Source: Candidatus Moraniibacteriota bacterium (GTDB lineage: Bacteria; Patescibacteriota; Minisyncoccia; Moranbacterales; DUUL01). From it: a stretch of DNA of 64,000 nt. The notes beneath the pieces were generated by a model. That model searched no databases. It saw only the letters and a program-made list of their open reading frames with translations, and was not told the origin of the DNA. Position numbers and translations under genes: made by a program. The stretch spans positions 3,162-67,161 of the forward strand of contig JBFHIG010000002.1 of NCBI GenBank assembly GCA_041596615.1. The letters run 5' to 3'. This document shows positions 54,548-64,000 of the stretch, piece by piece (position 1 is the stretch's first letter; every line of letters begins with the position of its first letter).

Positions 54548-56200
54548 GTGGAAAAATTACAAACTACAGCCTATTTCTCAATGGAAATTGCCCTTCAAGA
54601 TGAAATCCCTAACTACGCTGGTGGATTAGGAATTCTTGCTGGTGACACACTTCATTCCTGCGCCGATCTTGGTAGTGACGTTGTTGGGGTTTCTCTAGTT
54701 TATCATCAAGACGACCGTGAGGAAGGGCGATTCAAAATTGAAAATTTTCTAACCTTACGCGATGAAACCGTTGAGCTAGAAATCGAAGGCCGAAACATTA
54801 AAATTATGATCTGGGAGTTTGATTTAAAAGGCAAGAGTGATAAGTCTATTCCTATTATTTTTCTCAGCAGTAATCATCCCGACAATAAACAGTGGGATAA
54901 AGATATTACAAAATATTTATATGCCGCTGATCGCTATACTAGACTTGGGCAAGAAATGATTCTAGGAATAGCTGGTATTCGTGCCTTAGAAATTCTGGGA
55001 TACAACAAGCTCAACACCTATCACATGAACGAGGGACACTCAGCTTTTTTGACCCTAGAGCTTCTCAAAAAATATGATTTTAATACAGAGAAAGTGAGGT
55101 CTCTTTGTACTTTTACCACACACACACCTGTTCCAGCAGGACATGATCATTTTGAATACAGTTTAGCCTATAGCACAATGAATAAATCTTTGCCACTAGA
55201 AATCAAAGAGTATGCAACATATGAAGATTTAAGCACTACTGACTTGGCGTTAAATTTAAGTCGGGTTGCTAACAGCGTTTCTGCTAAACATCGTGAAGTT
55301 TGCGAGGGAATGTTTCCTCGGCATGACTTTGAAAATGTAACAAATGGAATTTACCATCCTCGTTGGGTCGGAAAAGAAATAAAAGAAGTTCTAGATGAAA
55401 CATTTCCTGGTTGGGAAGAAAAACCAGAGCTACTAAAAGATGCTGAGACAAAAATTGATGCAAACAGACTGGTTGATGCAAACAAAAAACAAAAACGTGA
55501 ATTGGTTGATTGGCTTAATACAAGAAAGGAGCTTTTCCCTTTTGAAACAATCGAAAATGATGATTATTTTGGCGTCAAAACTCTCACAATTGGCTTTGCT
55601 CGTCGCTATGTCCCTTATAAACGTCACACCTTGATATTCAAAGACATGGAAAGACTTCGGAATATGGGGTATCGCAAAATTCAACTTATTTTTGCCGGCA
55701 ATTGCCATGAAGGAGATTCTTTCTGTAACCAAATAAAACAAGAGGCCGAAAGATATTCTCATATGCTTCGTGGGCAAATAAGAGTTGCCATTCTAACAGA
55801 GTATAATATTGAGGTTGCTAGAAAATTAATCTCCGGTTGCGATGTTTGGCTTAATAACCCTGTTCCTCCAAGGGAGGCCAGTGGAACAAGTGGCATGAAA
55901 GCAGCACTAAATGGTGGTATCAACCTTTCAATTCTTGATGGATGGTGGATTGAAGGCTTCAATATGAATAAAAAAGCCGGTTGGGCTTTTGGGGATGAGG
56001 CATTTTCAGAAGGAGAAGATCAGGATACTCATGATTCTAAGTTTCTACTCGAACAATTGAAAGATCTAATTGATTGTTATTATAACCGCAAAGAAGAGTG
56101 GTCAGAAAGAATGAAAAGTGCAATTTCACTGGTGGGGCATTTTAACACACATAGACTTGTAAACGAATACCAAGAAAAAATTTGGACACCAAGGTCGTAG
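54548..56200 (+). CDS. glgP: Alpha-glucan (glycogen/maltodextrin) phosphorylase, GT35
   Basis: GTG start. Motifs are YFSMEIAL...YAGGLGILAGD and the PLP-site signature EASGTSGMKAALNGG. Confidence 0.88.
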   Translation: MEKLQTTAYFSMEIALQDEIPNYAGGLGILAGDTLHSCADLGSDVVGVSLVYHQDDREEGRFKIENFLTLRDETVELEIEGRNIKIMIWEFDLKGKSDKSIPIIFLSSNHPDNKQWDKDITKYLYAADRYTRLGQEMILGIAGIRALEILGYNKLNTYHMNEGHSAFLTLELLKKYDFNTEKVRSLCTFTTHTPVPAGHDHFEYSLAYSTMNKSLPLEIKEYATYEDLSTTDLALNLSRVANSVSAKHREVCEGMFPRHDFENVTNGIYHPRWVGKEIKEVLDETFPGWEEKPELLKDAETKIDANRLVDANKKQKRELVDWLNTRKELFPFETIENDDYFGVKTLTIGFARRYVPYKRHTLIFKDMERLRNMGYRKIQLIFAGNCHEGDSFCNQIKQEAERYSHMLRGQIRVAILTEYNIEVARKLISGCDVWLNNPVPPREASGTSGMKAALNGGINLSILDGWWIEGFNMNKKAGWAFGDEAFSEGEDQDTHDSKFLLEQLKDLIDCYYNRKEEWSERMKSAISLVGHFNTHRLVNEYQEKIWTPRS

Positions 56201-56215
56201 CTTTTGAATAAAACA

Positions 56216-56249
56216 AAAACCGCCTGATTTTATTCTAGCGGTTTTTTTG
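56216..56249. terminator. Rho-independent terminator
   Basis: AAACCGC...GCGGTTT stem followed by TTTTTTT, between the convergent glgP and ABC permease genes. Confidence 0.6.
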
Positions 56250-56266
56250 TACCTAAAAAACAAACT

Positions 56267-57508
56267 CTACTCGTAGCGAAGCGCATCCAGTGCATGGATT
56301 TTAGATGCACGCTGAGCTGGCATTATCCCTGTTACCAAGCCAAGGAAAAGTATAAAGGAAACAATTGCCAAAACAAAATAATACGGAATATAGACAAAAT
56401 TAGAAAGAACGACTCCGTTTTTATAGGCTAAAAAAATAAGCCCTTTATTTACAAACATTGCCAAACCATACCCGCCTAAAAGTCCCAGTGCTCCACCAGC
56501 AACACTAATTAAAATTGCTTCAAAAATAAACATCTTAAAAATATCTTCCCGTTTAGTTCCTAAAGCCTTAAGAATTCCAACTTCTTTTGTTCTTTGTAAA
56601 AGAGAGATGCTCAAAGTATTCAACATTCCCATTGCAGAAATAGACATGATAATTGTTCCCAACACAATCATTATAATTCTGATTACAACAAAAAAGCTAT
56701 TGATATCTTCGATAATCTCATTTACACTTTCTGTCAAAAACCCCAGTTGCTGAATAGCAAGCTCAATATTCGCCATTTCGCTGACGTCTTTTACTAAAAC
56801 TTTACCTCTTTGCGCTGAGTCGACACCAAATTCAGAGTTTAAATATGCAAATGGCACTATAACCATTGAGCTTTGCGATTCTGTGAGCCCAACAATTTCA
56901 ACTTCGTTCCCAGTGACTGTAGTTTCTTCGTTGGCACTAGAACTTACCTCCTTTGAAAGAACCACTCCTAGCTTTACTTTTTTACCTATCAATTCTTCAG
57001 GATTTTTAAAACCAAGAATATTTGCGATCTGCATTGAAGCGATAATTCCATTTCCATCATCTTTGAATTTTTTTTCACCTTCTTCGAAAGAAGTCTTTGC
57101 TAATTCTAGATAATCCTTATTTTCTCCATAAATAACAGTATCAATTTGTGAGTCATTATATTCAATTTTGCCACCAGTACTAACTTGTCTTGCGATGCCA
57201 TTGACACCTTCCATGCTTTCAATTTTACTAACAAAATCATTATTTAATGTAACAAAATTATCTAAATTCCCATTGTTAATATCCATTACATTACGTGGAT
57301 TGTTTCTGGTAACCTCTTCAATAATCATCCCCTGAACTCCGAAGCCCAAACAAAGCAAAAATGTTATAATACCAATTCCCAAAGAAACCCCTCCTACTGT
57401 TAGAAAAGATCTGGTCTTATTAGCACGAAGATTTCTCCATCCAAGGAAAATAATCATATGCATTTTAATCCTCGAATGTTTTTCTTTTTTCCAAAAAGCT
57501 ATTTTCAT
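56267..57508 (-). CDS. ABC transporter permease, MacB/FtsX type with a large extracytoplasmic domain
   Basis: TM1 is followed by a ~220-aa extracytoplasmic domain and three C-terminal TM helices (FtsX fold). The GILKALG motif is present. Its start overlaps the ATPase stop (ATGA). Confidence 0.88.
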   Translation of the reverse strand: MKIAFWKKEKHSRIKMHMIIFLGWRNLRANKTRSFLTVGGVSLGIGIITFLLCLGFGVQGMIIEEVTRNNPRNVMDINNGNLDNFVTLNNDFVSKIESMEGVNGIARQVSTGGKIEYNDSQIDTVIYGENKDYLELAKTSFEEGEKKFKDDGNGIIASMQIANILGFKNPEELIGKKVKLGVVLSKEVSSSANEETTVTGNEVEIVGLTESQSSMVIVPFAYLNSEFGVDSAQRGKVLVKDVSEMANIELAIQQLGFLTESVNEIIEDINSFFVVIRIIMIVLGTIIMSISAMGMLNTLSISLLQRTKEVGILKALGTKREDIFKMFIFEAILISVAGGALGLLGGYGLAMFVNKGLIFLAYKNGVVLSNFVYIPYYFVLAIVSFILFLGLVTGIMPAQRASKIHALDALRYE

Positions 57509-58326
57509 TTTTTGTTTGGTGTTTTATTTTCTTGCGTAAGGACTTCTGCTACACGACCATCAAGCATTTTAAAAACTTTACTTGCGTAGTGATATTGATC
57601 TGGGTTGTGAGTAACCATTAAAATGGTTATTTCAAATTTTTTATTCAATTGCGCGATAAGATCCATAAGTTCAATACCTGATTTTTGATCAAGATTGCCG
57701 GTTGGCTCATCTGCGATAATAAACCATGGATTTAAAAGAAGTGATCTTGCCAAGGCGACTCGCTGTTGTTGTCCTCCCGAAAGGTCAAATGGCCTGTGCT
57801 TAGACCACTCACTCATTCCGACAAGCTCTAGCATTTGAGCCGCTTTTTCAAGTCCTTCATGAAATTTTAAACCTCCTATAATTGAAGGGACGGCTACATT
57901 TTCCAAGACACTTAATGATTTAAGCCAAAACGCCTGTTGCGGAATAAATCCCACGCTCTTATTTCTAAAATCAGCTCTCCAATTTTTAGTATGCTTCCAA
58001 ATATCAGTTCCTTTGATATAAACACTTCCTTGTGATGGAGCTTCTAGTCCGTATACAATGTGTAGTAATGTTGACTTACCGCATCCAGAAGGTCCAACCA
58101 ACATTGCAAAATCACCTTGTTTTATTTTCAACCCGACTCCATTAAGAACAGAAACTTCATTATCCCCAATAATAAACTCTTTTTTCACATCACTAACAAC
58201 AACCACACCCTCTTTTTCAGTGTATAGTTCAGCTGTTGTTTCACCATTATTACGGTGACTCAAGCTCTTTAGTATATCTGCTTCATTTACTAAATTTCCT
58301 TCTTTTTGTTTTGCTATTGTTGCCAT
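57505..58326 (-). CDS. ABC transporter ATP-binding protein (MacB/LolD-like)
   Basis: Walker A GPSGCGKST, Q-loop, signature LSGGQQQRVALAR, and Walker B FIIADEPTGNLD. It has a ~45-aa N-terminal extension. Its start overlaps the giant ORF stop by 13 nt. Confidence 0.92.
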   Translation of the reverse strand: MATIAKQKEGNLVNEADILKSLSHRNNGETTAELYTEKEGVVVVSDVKKEFIIGDNEVSVLNGVGLKIKQGDFAMLVGPSGCGKSTLLHIVYGLEAPSQGSVYIKGTDIWKHTKNWRADFRNKSVGFIPQQAFWLKSLSVLENVAVPSIIGGLKFHEGLEKAAQMLELVGMSEWSKHRPFDLSGGQQQRVALARSLLLNPWFIIADEPTGNLDQKSGIELMDLIAQLNKKFEITILMVTHNPDQYHYASKVFKMLDGRVAEVLTQENKTPNKK

Positions 58327-61300
58327 AGTTTAGATATCCAACTAAATTTATCAGAGAAAGTTCCTACAACAATTTCTGTTGCGTTCTCCTTCGAATCTTC
58401 AACAATTACTGTCACAGCTTTTGTAGGAGTTTCATTTCCTGACTCATCAAATGTTTTAACAATATAACTGTAAACTTGCCCTGGATCAACAGGAATTGTA
58501 ATTAAATGATAAGTGTTCAAAGGATCCTCTGCTGAACTTTGCTCGAAATTATTTAAAACTATTCCAGGGCTGTAGAAAACTTTTGCAGTTGTAAGTTCGT
58601 CAGTTTCAATCTTGATATACAAATTAGCACGAGCATCCTTACCCCTTCCAATTACTCTTCCAACAGCACGATTCGAAAGAATTCCTGGTGGTCTGCTGTC
58701 CGATTTTGTTATTATTTTAGTATCCAGGGTGGTTGCTGACACTCCATCTGCCGCAATACCACCAACATTAATTTCATACTCAACTGATGGCGTAAGCCCC
58801 TCTAGCTCAATTAGGTGCTCTGTGACATATTCATTGCCCAAAAAATTATGATATGTATCTTCACTGGTAGTTTTAAACCTGACAAGTGTTGTCGTTGGTA
58901 ATGTCGTGTTGTATTTTACTATAACAGTAGGAATATCAACGTTTTCTTTATTTTCAACAGCGATGTCGGAAGAAACTGGCTGTTCTAATGTTCTAAAGGA
59001 ATATCTATCTGAGCTAAATTCGTTTAAATCATTATCTATGGCATCGATTTGAAAACTATAATCAGTCGTGCTTTCAAGGCCTGTTAATTTTATCATATGA
59101 CTACTTCCTGAGGAAGTCTCCTCAATTAACTCAGACAGACTTCCGCCCTTACCATAATGCAAGCTACATTTTGCGCTAGCGTTAGTTGTCCAAAAAATAG
59201 TAGCTGTTTCAAGGCCTATTTCAGAAGCCTCAACTTCTGAAATCGTTGGCGGTGGCAATGTTTCAAAACTCAAAATCTCACTCATCCCAATGTTTCCGTC
59301 TGGGTCTATGTATTTTGCTCTATAATAATACTTGGAGCCAGCATCTAGGCCCGTAAGCTCAACAATATGATCTGTTAAAGAATCAACCTGTCCGTTTGTT
59401 TTCCCAAGACTCATGGCCTTTCCATATTCTACAAAAGAACTGGCTAAACGATTAGTTCCCCATTTTATCACAGCCTCATAGGCCTGAACAGTATGGGTTG
59501 GCTCAGTCACCAAGGTTGGTGGGGTCGTATACCTTCCCGTTGGAATTATACTCACCGTGGTCGAGGGGATGGAGATATTGTTTGTACTATCTTTAGACTT
59601 CGCATAATAATAATATAAACGACTCTCGAGTTCTGTATCAACATAAGCACTTCCCGATGTTGAGGCAACCTCTTTAAATGTCTTGTTGTCATCACTTCTA
59701 TAGATAACATAACCTGAAAAATTATCTTTATTCATTGCAGTAGGCGGAGACCATTTAAGCGCTACTGAATATTCTTGATTTTCACGGTCAGAGGTGTCAA
59801 AAATCTGCATATTAACTGGCGCTCCGGGCGCAGATGTGTCTGCAGAAAAATCAATATATGCGTATAGTTCATAATCAACATTTTCAGCCTCATCGACTGC
59901 ACAAACGTAAAAACGATTTGAACCTTTTTGTGTCGCAAATGGTCCAGGGCCAGCTGCTCTTACGGTTGTTGTTATTGTGTTATAAGCATTTGGTAGCGCG
60001 TTAACTGAATAAACATATTTAATCTTTCCAGCATCACCCATGTATGATTCTGGTTGATCCCATTGAAACGCAAAAGAGTTAGTGGTCGATGTTTCTGGTG
60101 TTACGGCTAAGTTTCTTGGTGGAGATGGAGCGCTGGAACTAAAGTAATACTCTTGCTTAATCGGCTCGGAAAAATTCCCTGCCAAATCGACAGCACGTAA
60201 ATGAAACCAGTTTTTCCCAGATTGATATGCAGCAACTGTGTGATTGACATTCGGCAGTGTAAGAGAGGTGGACATTGGATCATTGATGTCAATCCAATTT
60301 GTTGGGGCGTCTCCTCCTGTTTGATACTGGAATTTTGCTAGACCAGAGTGAATATCTGTTGCATCAGAATCCCAAGTAAAGCTATAGGTATCGCTAGCGG
60401 TGTATCCAGCTGGATTAACCAAAATGTCTGTTGGATTTGTTGGGGGGGTATTATCAAAAAGATAAGTAAAGGCTGCATAGGTTGAAGCCGGAACCATTTG
60501 CGCATCATCAATAGCCTTAATTCTTAAATAATACTCTTCCCCCGAGACTAAATTTTCAGCCGTAAAAGCGTTTTCACTTTGCAAAACACCTTCTAAATAT
60601 GGATCAGCTAAATTGTCAGTTCCGAAATATACATAGTACCCTACAACACCGGAACCACCAGAACCATCACTTGCACCTCCTGGCTGTTCAGCTACCGGCC
60701 AAACAAAATATGGCACCCTACTACTATTCCAAGCATTATTTGCCAGTGTTGTTGATAAAGAGTCGTTGTCATATCCAATAACAGTCGTTGGATTTGTTGG
60801 AGCAGCCGAATCTTGATAATAATTAATCTGAATATCCTCTAATAAAGGAGATTTTATCCTATCTGCTGATGTAAATTCAACTCTAATCTGGATATATCTA
60901 TTTTCGTTAGAAAGAATATCGAAACGATGTTCATTTGAATTAAAGACTTGCTCATTTATACCCTGTTCCCAGTTTGACCATTCGGTCTCATCGCTTGAGG
61001 TTCTGGTATAAATCATCGCACTTGTATTTTTTGGAAGTATATATTTAGCACTTAGGTTGGCCCATTTATAAACATCAACAAGGTCTATTGATTCTGAGGT
61101 GTAATTCCCTGCTTTTTTAAAGCCAGTATCATTTTCGGCTGATCCAACTACATAGCTATATAAACCATTTCTATATGATTCTGACTCTCCTCTTGCCGTT
61201 AACCAAATTCTATCATTTGAAAAAACTGCATCTCCCTCTCGATAAACTCTTGATGGGACGTCCGCCAGGTTCTCCCAAGCATCATTAGCGATATGGTATC

Positions 61301-64000
61301 TAAAATTCTCTCTTGTATCATTCCCCCTCATCGCATGTAAATATCCATCTTTGGTATCAACCAAAGAACCACCATGATATATGTTCGCTGGGGCATTTGC
61401 TCTAGTCTCCCAAGAACTTAAGTCTATATTATATCGCCACATATAAGCAGTATTTCCACCTCTAGTCCAATATATATATGGCACTCCTTCGATTTCCTTG
61501 TAAAGAATTTTTCCACCATAATTATTATTAAGCCCGGAGATTGTTGGCAACGCCGAAGACCATCTGCTACCAGCTGCAGCTTGGGTATCATATCGCCACC
61601 AATTCGAATTTGCTCCTCTTGTAAGATAAATATATCTGGAACCATCATAAGTCATTGATGAGCCGGAATTTGTCTGTAGTGGAATTGGGTCACTAGTTAT
61701 TAACTCCCACCTATTTGTTGCTACTTCATATCTCATAAAGTAATTACTGTTGTTGTTTGTAGGCCTAGTTCTAGTTCCGGTTCCAGCTGAAAGATAGATT
61801 GCGTTTTCGTCCTCATTATATGTCATCGCTGCACCACTATAAAGCCCAACAGGTGTTGAAGCAAGTTTTATAAATTCACCAGATTCAGTGTTATATTTTC
61901 CAAAATCATCACTGTAGTATCCTCTTGTAATGTACAAATTTCCCCTTCCATCCTCTACAAGCTCTGAACCATAATAATAGTCAAAATAGGAGTTAGTACT
62001 GTCAATGACTGATGGTCCAAAAAAACCTCTTTGGGGAATTTCCCAGGAGTTTTCCTCAATATTAAATCTATAAAACAGGCTTGAACCATTAGCTCTTAAA
62101 ACATATGCGTAACCATCTACAATCTTCATTGTGGCTCCATATGAAATAGTATTAGGGATTTTTGGAAGTTGTATCCAAGAGTCAGTTATTATATCATATT
62201 TCATAAAATTATCTCTTCCATTTCCGCTCAACATAAAGACTGAATTCGATTCATTGTCATAGGCAACACATCCTCCATAATAAACTCCGATTGGCGATTT
62301 TGCTAAAGGCACCCAGGAATTACCTTTTTCTCCAGTATCAGGATCATCCTCAATAACATACTTTGAAAAATATGGATAATAATTTCCTTGTGATGCATAT
62401 ATGTAATTATTTCCATCAGAAACAGCGTCTCCTCCAATGTATACTCTCTGCCCATCTGATTCGTTTGGATTTCCAAATTCCGCATTAGACAAAGTTGTCC
62501 AACGATTTTCTTGAGTGTCATAGCGATAAAAAACATCATCATTCCCTGGAAACGCGTAAATATACTTTCCTCCCGTCCAAGAGAGGGAGCTTCCGTATGT
62601 AAAGTTTTTTGGGGCGCTTGCAACAGATTCCCAAAGATTATTCTCGATGTCGTATCTCCAAAAAGTTGGGGTGTTAATTCCTCGAGAAGCAAACAAATAA
62701 CCTTCGGGCCCTTCCGTTAACGTACCCCCATAGTAAACAGTCTCTGGGGTGTCACTAAGCGAAGACCAAGTATCAGTTGTTATATCGTAAAGATAGAAGT
62801 TTCTTTGATTATACCCTCTCAGTGCAAATAGTTTATCTCCGGCATAGGCCAATTCGCCTCCTCTCTGGATTGTTCCCGGAGCATTTGACAACAGTGTTTG
62901 TTGCCAAAATCCATCCACTGCTTCAAGTTGCAACTTATCAGGCTCAGCTGAGGTCGAAATATTTTCTACTTCCCCCTCTTCGAAGTCTGTTTGACTTGTT
63001 TTGATGCTACTTTGAAACGGAGATACCCCATCATAGCTATAAACGAAAGCTTCCCAGGCTTCATCGGTTATATTTCCGTCATTGTCTTTGGTTTTCAAAA
63101 GCAAATAATAATCACCTGTTGTCATTGCGGTGTTCACAGAGAAACTTGTTGCTGTTTGAAAAATTCCATCCGTTTCTGGATCAGCAGAACTGTCTGTTCC
63201 AAAATAAACGTAGTATCCTTCAATCTGAGAACCGGCATCGACTGCCTCTGTCCAAGAAAAATAAGGGTGTGTATGTTTATATGGTGTATTGGTGGTCATA
63301 GTCTCCCCCCCAATTCTACTTGAGGTTGCGGAAATTATAGAAGGATTAATAGGATCCACATTCTCGCTACTATAAGAAATTGTGATATCATCAATAGTCG
63401 GCGTACTAACACCATCGGAAGTGGCAAGCAAAACTTTAACCTGCAGATATCTTTTTTTGGGAGACTGAATTTCCGTGCCAGAAAGAGCTTCCCATATTGA
63501 CCAACTGTTTCCGTCATCTGAACTTCTGGTCTGATATATAACAGAGGTATTCGCTGGCAAGTCCTGGTTTGAGGTTAAGGATGTCCATGAGTCAACATAC
63601 CCTAGGTCCAAAACCTCACTTATAAAAAATCCATTTGCAATAAAATTTGTTGCTCCAGCAGTATAACTCCAAAAATCAGCAATATCCGTTCCTGGAGAAG
63701 CATAAAAAGAATTATTTCCCGTATAGGCAATTGATGCTCCAGCCCAAGTGCCTCTTCCATATGAATATTTCTGATTAAATGGCAACTCCCTCCAAGAGTC
63801 AGTTGACACCGTATATTCCCAGGTACTGTTTTTATAATTTCCAGCCAATGCCAAAATTCTTCCATTTTCATCATATGTAAGGTCGGTGCCATAATACTGA
63901 GCAAATGGAGTTTGTTGTATTTTGCTCCAAGAATTGCTACCCGTGTCATATTTCAAGAACGCAGTCTCTCCATCACCGAATGTTGCGTAAAGACTAGCAC
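58314..64000 (-). CDS. Giant surface protein (more than 1880 aa; N-terminus outside the window): Kelch-like beta-propeller blades + jelly-roll modules + multiple FN3-like domains
   Basis: More than 12 repeats of the blade motif (FYLYDITTDTW, FWRYDIENNLW, FYRYDTQENRW, FMKYDIITDSW...). Two homologous ~95-aa modules (aa ~105-195 and ~946-1046). At least 8 FN3-like units with P-rich linkers. The frame stays open upstream of the track's TTG at 63956 to the window edge (…SLYATFGDGETAFLKYD). Confidence 0.85.
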   Translation of the reverse strand, partial: ASLYATFGDGETAFLKYDTGSNSWSKIQQTPFAQYYGTDLTYDENGRILALAGNYKNSTWEYTVSTDSWRELPFNQKYSYGRGTWAGASIAYTGNNSFYASPGTDIADFWSYTAGATNFIANGFFISEVLDLGYVDSWTSLTSNQDLPANTSVIYQTRSSDDGNSWSIWEALSGTEIQSPKKRYLQVKVLLATSDGVSTPTIDDITISYSSENVDPINPSIISATSSRIGGETMTTNTPYKHTHPYFSWTEAVDAGSQIEGYYVYFGTDSSADPETDGIFQTATSFSVNTAMTTGDYYLLLKTKDNDGNITDEAWEAFVYSYDGVSPFQSSIKTSQTDFEEGEVENISTSAEPDKLQLEAVDGFWQQTLLSNAPGTIQRGGELAYAGDKLFALRGYNQRNFYLYDITTDTWSSLSDTPETVYYGGTLTEGPEGYLFASRGINTPTFWRYDIENNLWESVASAPKNFTYGSSLSWTGGKYIYAFPGNDDVFYRYDTQENRWTTLSNAEFGNPNESDGQRVYIGGDAVSDGNNYIYASQGNYYPYFSKYVIEDDPDTGEKGNSWVPLAKSPIGVYYGGCVAYDNESNSVFMLSGNGRDNFMKYDIITDSWIQLPKIPNTISYGATMKIVDGYAYVLRANGSSLFYRFNIEENSWEIPQRGFFGPSVIDSTNSYFDYYYGSELVEDGRGNLYITRGYYSDDFGKYNTESGEFIKLASTPVGLYSGAAMTYNEDENAIYLSAGTGTRTRPTNNNSNYFMRYEVATNRWELITSDPIPLQTNSGSSMTYDGSRYIYLTRGANSNWWRYDTQAAAGSRWSSALPTISGLNNNYGGKILYKEIEGVPYIYWTRGGNTAYMWRYNIDLSSWETRANAPANIYHGGSLVDTKDGYLHAMRGNDTRENFRYHIANDAWENLADVPSRVYREGDAVFSNDRIWLTARGESESYRNGLYSYVVGSAENDTGFKKAGNYTSESIDLVDVYKWANLSAKYILPKNTSAMIYTRTSSDETEWSNWEQGINEQVFNSNEHRFDILSNENRYIQIRVEFTSADRIKSPLLEDIQINYYQDSAAPTNPTTVIGYDNDSLSTTLANNAWNSSRVPYFVWPVAEQPGGASDGSGGSGVVGYYVYFGTDNLADPYLEGVLQSENAFTAENLVSGEEYYLRIKAIDDAQMVPASTYAAFTYLFDNTPPTNPTDILVNPAGYTASDTYSFTWDSDATDIHSGLAKFQYQTGGDAPTNWIDINDPMSTSLTLPNVNHTVAAYQSGKNWFHLRAVDLAGNFSEPIKQEYYFSSSAPSPPRNLAVTPETSTTNSFAFQWDQPESYMGDAGKIKYVYSVNALPNAYNTITTTVRAAGPGPFATQKGSNRFYVCAVDEAENVDYELYAYIDFSADTSAPGAPVNMQIFDTSDRENQEYSVALKWSPPTAMNKDNFSGYVIYRSDDNKTFKEVASTSGSAYVDTELESRLYYYYAKSKDSTNNISIPSTTVSIIPTGRYTTPPTLVTEPTHTVQAYEAVIKWGTNRLASSFVEYGKAMSLGKTNGQVDSLTDHIVELTGLDAGSKYYYRAKYIDPDGNIGMSEILSFETLPPPTISEVEASEIGLETATIFWTTNASAKCSLHYGKGGSLSELIEETSSGSSHMIKLTGLESTTDYSFQIDAIDNDLNEFSSDRYSFRTLEQPVSSDIAVENKENVDIPTVIVKYNTTLPTTTLVRFKTTSEDTYHNFLGNEYVTEHLIELEGLTPSVEYEINVGGIAADGVSATTLDTKIITKSDSRPPGILSNRAVGRVIGRGKDARANLYIKIETDELTTAKVFYSPGIVLNNFEQSSAEDPLNTYHLITIPVDPGQVYSYIVKTFDESGNETPTKAVTVIVEDSKENATEIVVGTFSDKFSWISKLWQQ

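Noticed and set aside
1-64000. Alternative genetic code (UGA recoding as in some CPR lineages)
   Set aside because: Housekeeping ORFs (serS, lysS, murA, ruvB, pcrA, dnaJ, mreB) are full length with standard stops. No gene appears to be split at UGA.

Overview
The window is AT-rich (about 30-35% G+C by eye) and densely coded, with standard-code ORFs. Its gene content looks like a reduced Patescibacteria/CPR-type bacterium. Housekeeping genes dominate: lgt, tsaD, serS, lysS, ddl, murA, mreB, ruvB, dnaJ, rsmA, pcrA, holB, glgP, glycosyltransferases, NUDIX and MazG-like enzymes. From about 15.6 to 48.8 kb nearly every gene is on the minus strand. I found no rRNA, tRNA, CRISPR array, transposase or integrase.

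Seven accessory regions stand out:
1. A minus-strand operon (3.9-12.2 kb) links a VirD4/TraG-like membrane ATPase to a 1601-aa acidic coiled-coil/membrane giant and two small acidic proteins.
2. A VirB2-like pilin module is fused through a (Gly-Ala)12 tract to an M15/LAS-type peptidase-like domain (23.1-24.1 kb).
3. A 1100-aa protein carries two complete GspE/PilB ATPase modules in tandem (43.5-46.8 kb).
4. A G+C-richer, strongly promoted plus-strand two-gene cassette sits beside a divergent TrmB-like regulator (35.7-36.8 kb). It encodes a small Cys protein and a REC-like zinc-ribbon protein.
5. A giant Kelch-propeller/jelly-roll/FN3 surface protein of more than 1880 aa runs off the window edge. 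Its stop is overlapped by a MacB-type ABC transporter (56.3-64.0 kb).
6. A promoter-to-terminator unit with a 15-bp long-range helix is a candidate ncRNA (43.2-43.5 kb).
7. An Asn-rich leader-peptide attenuator-like element lies at 14.9-15.1 kb.

All functional calls rest on motif reading by eye. No searches were run.
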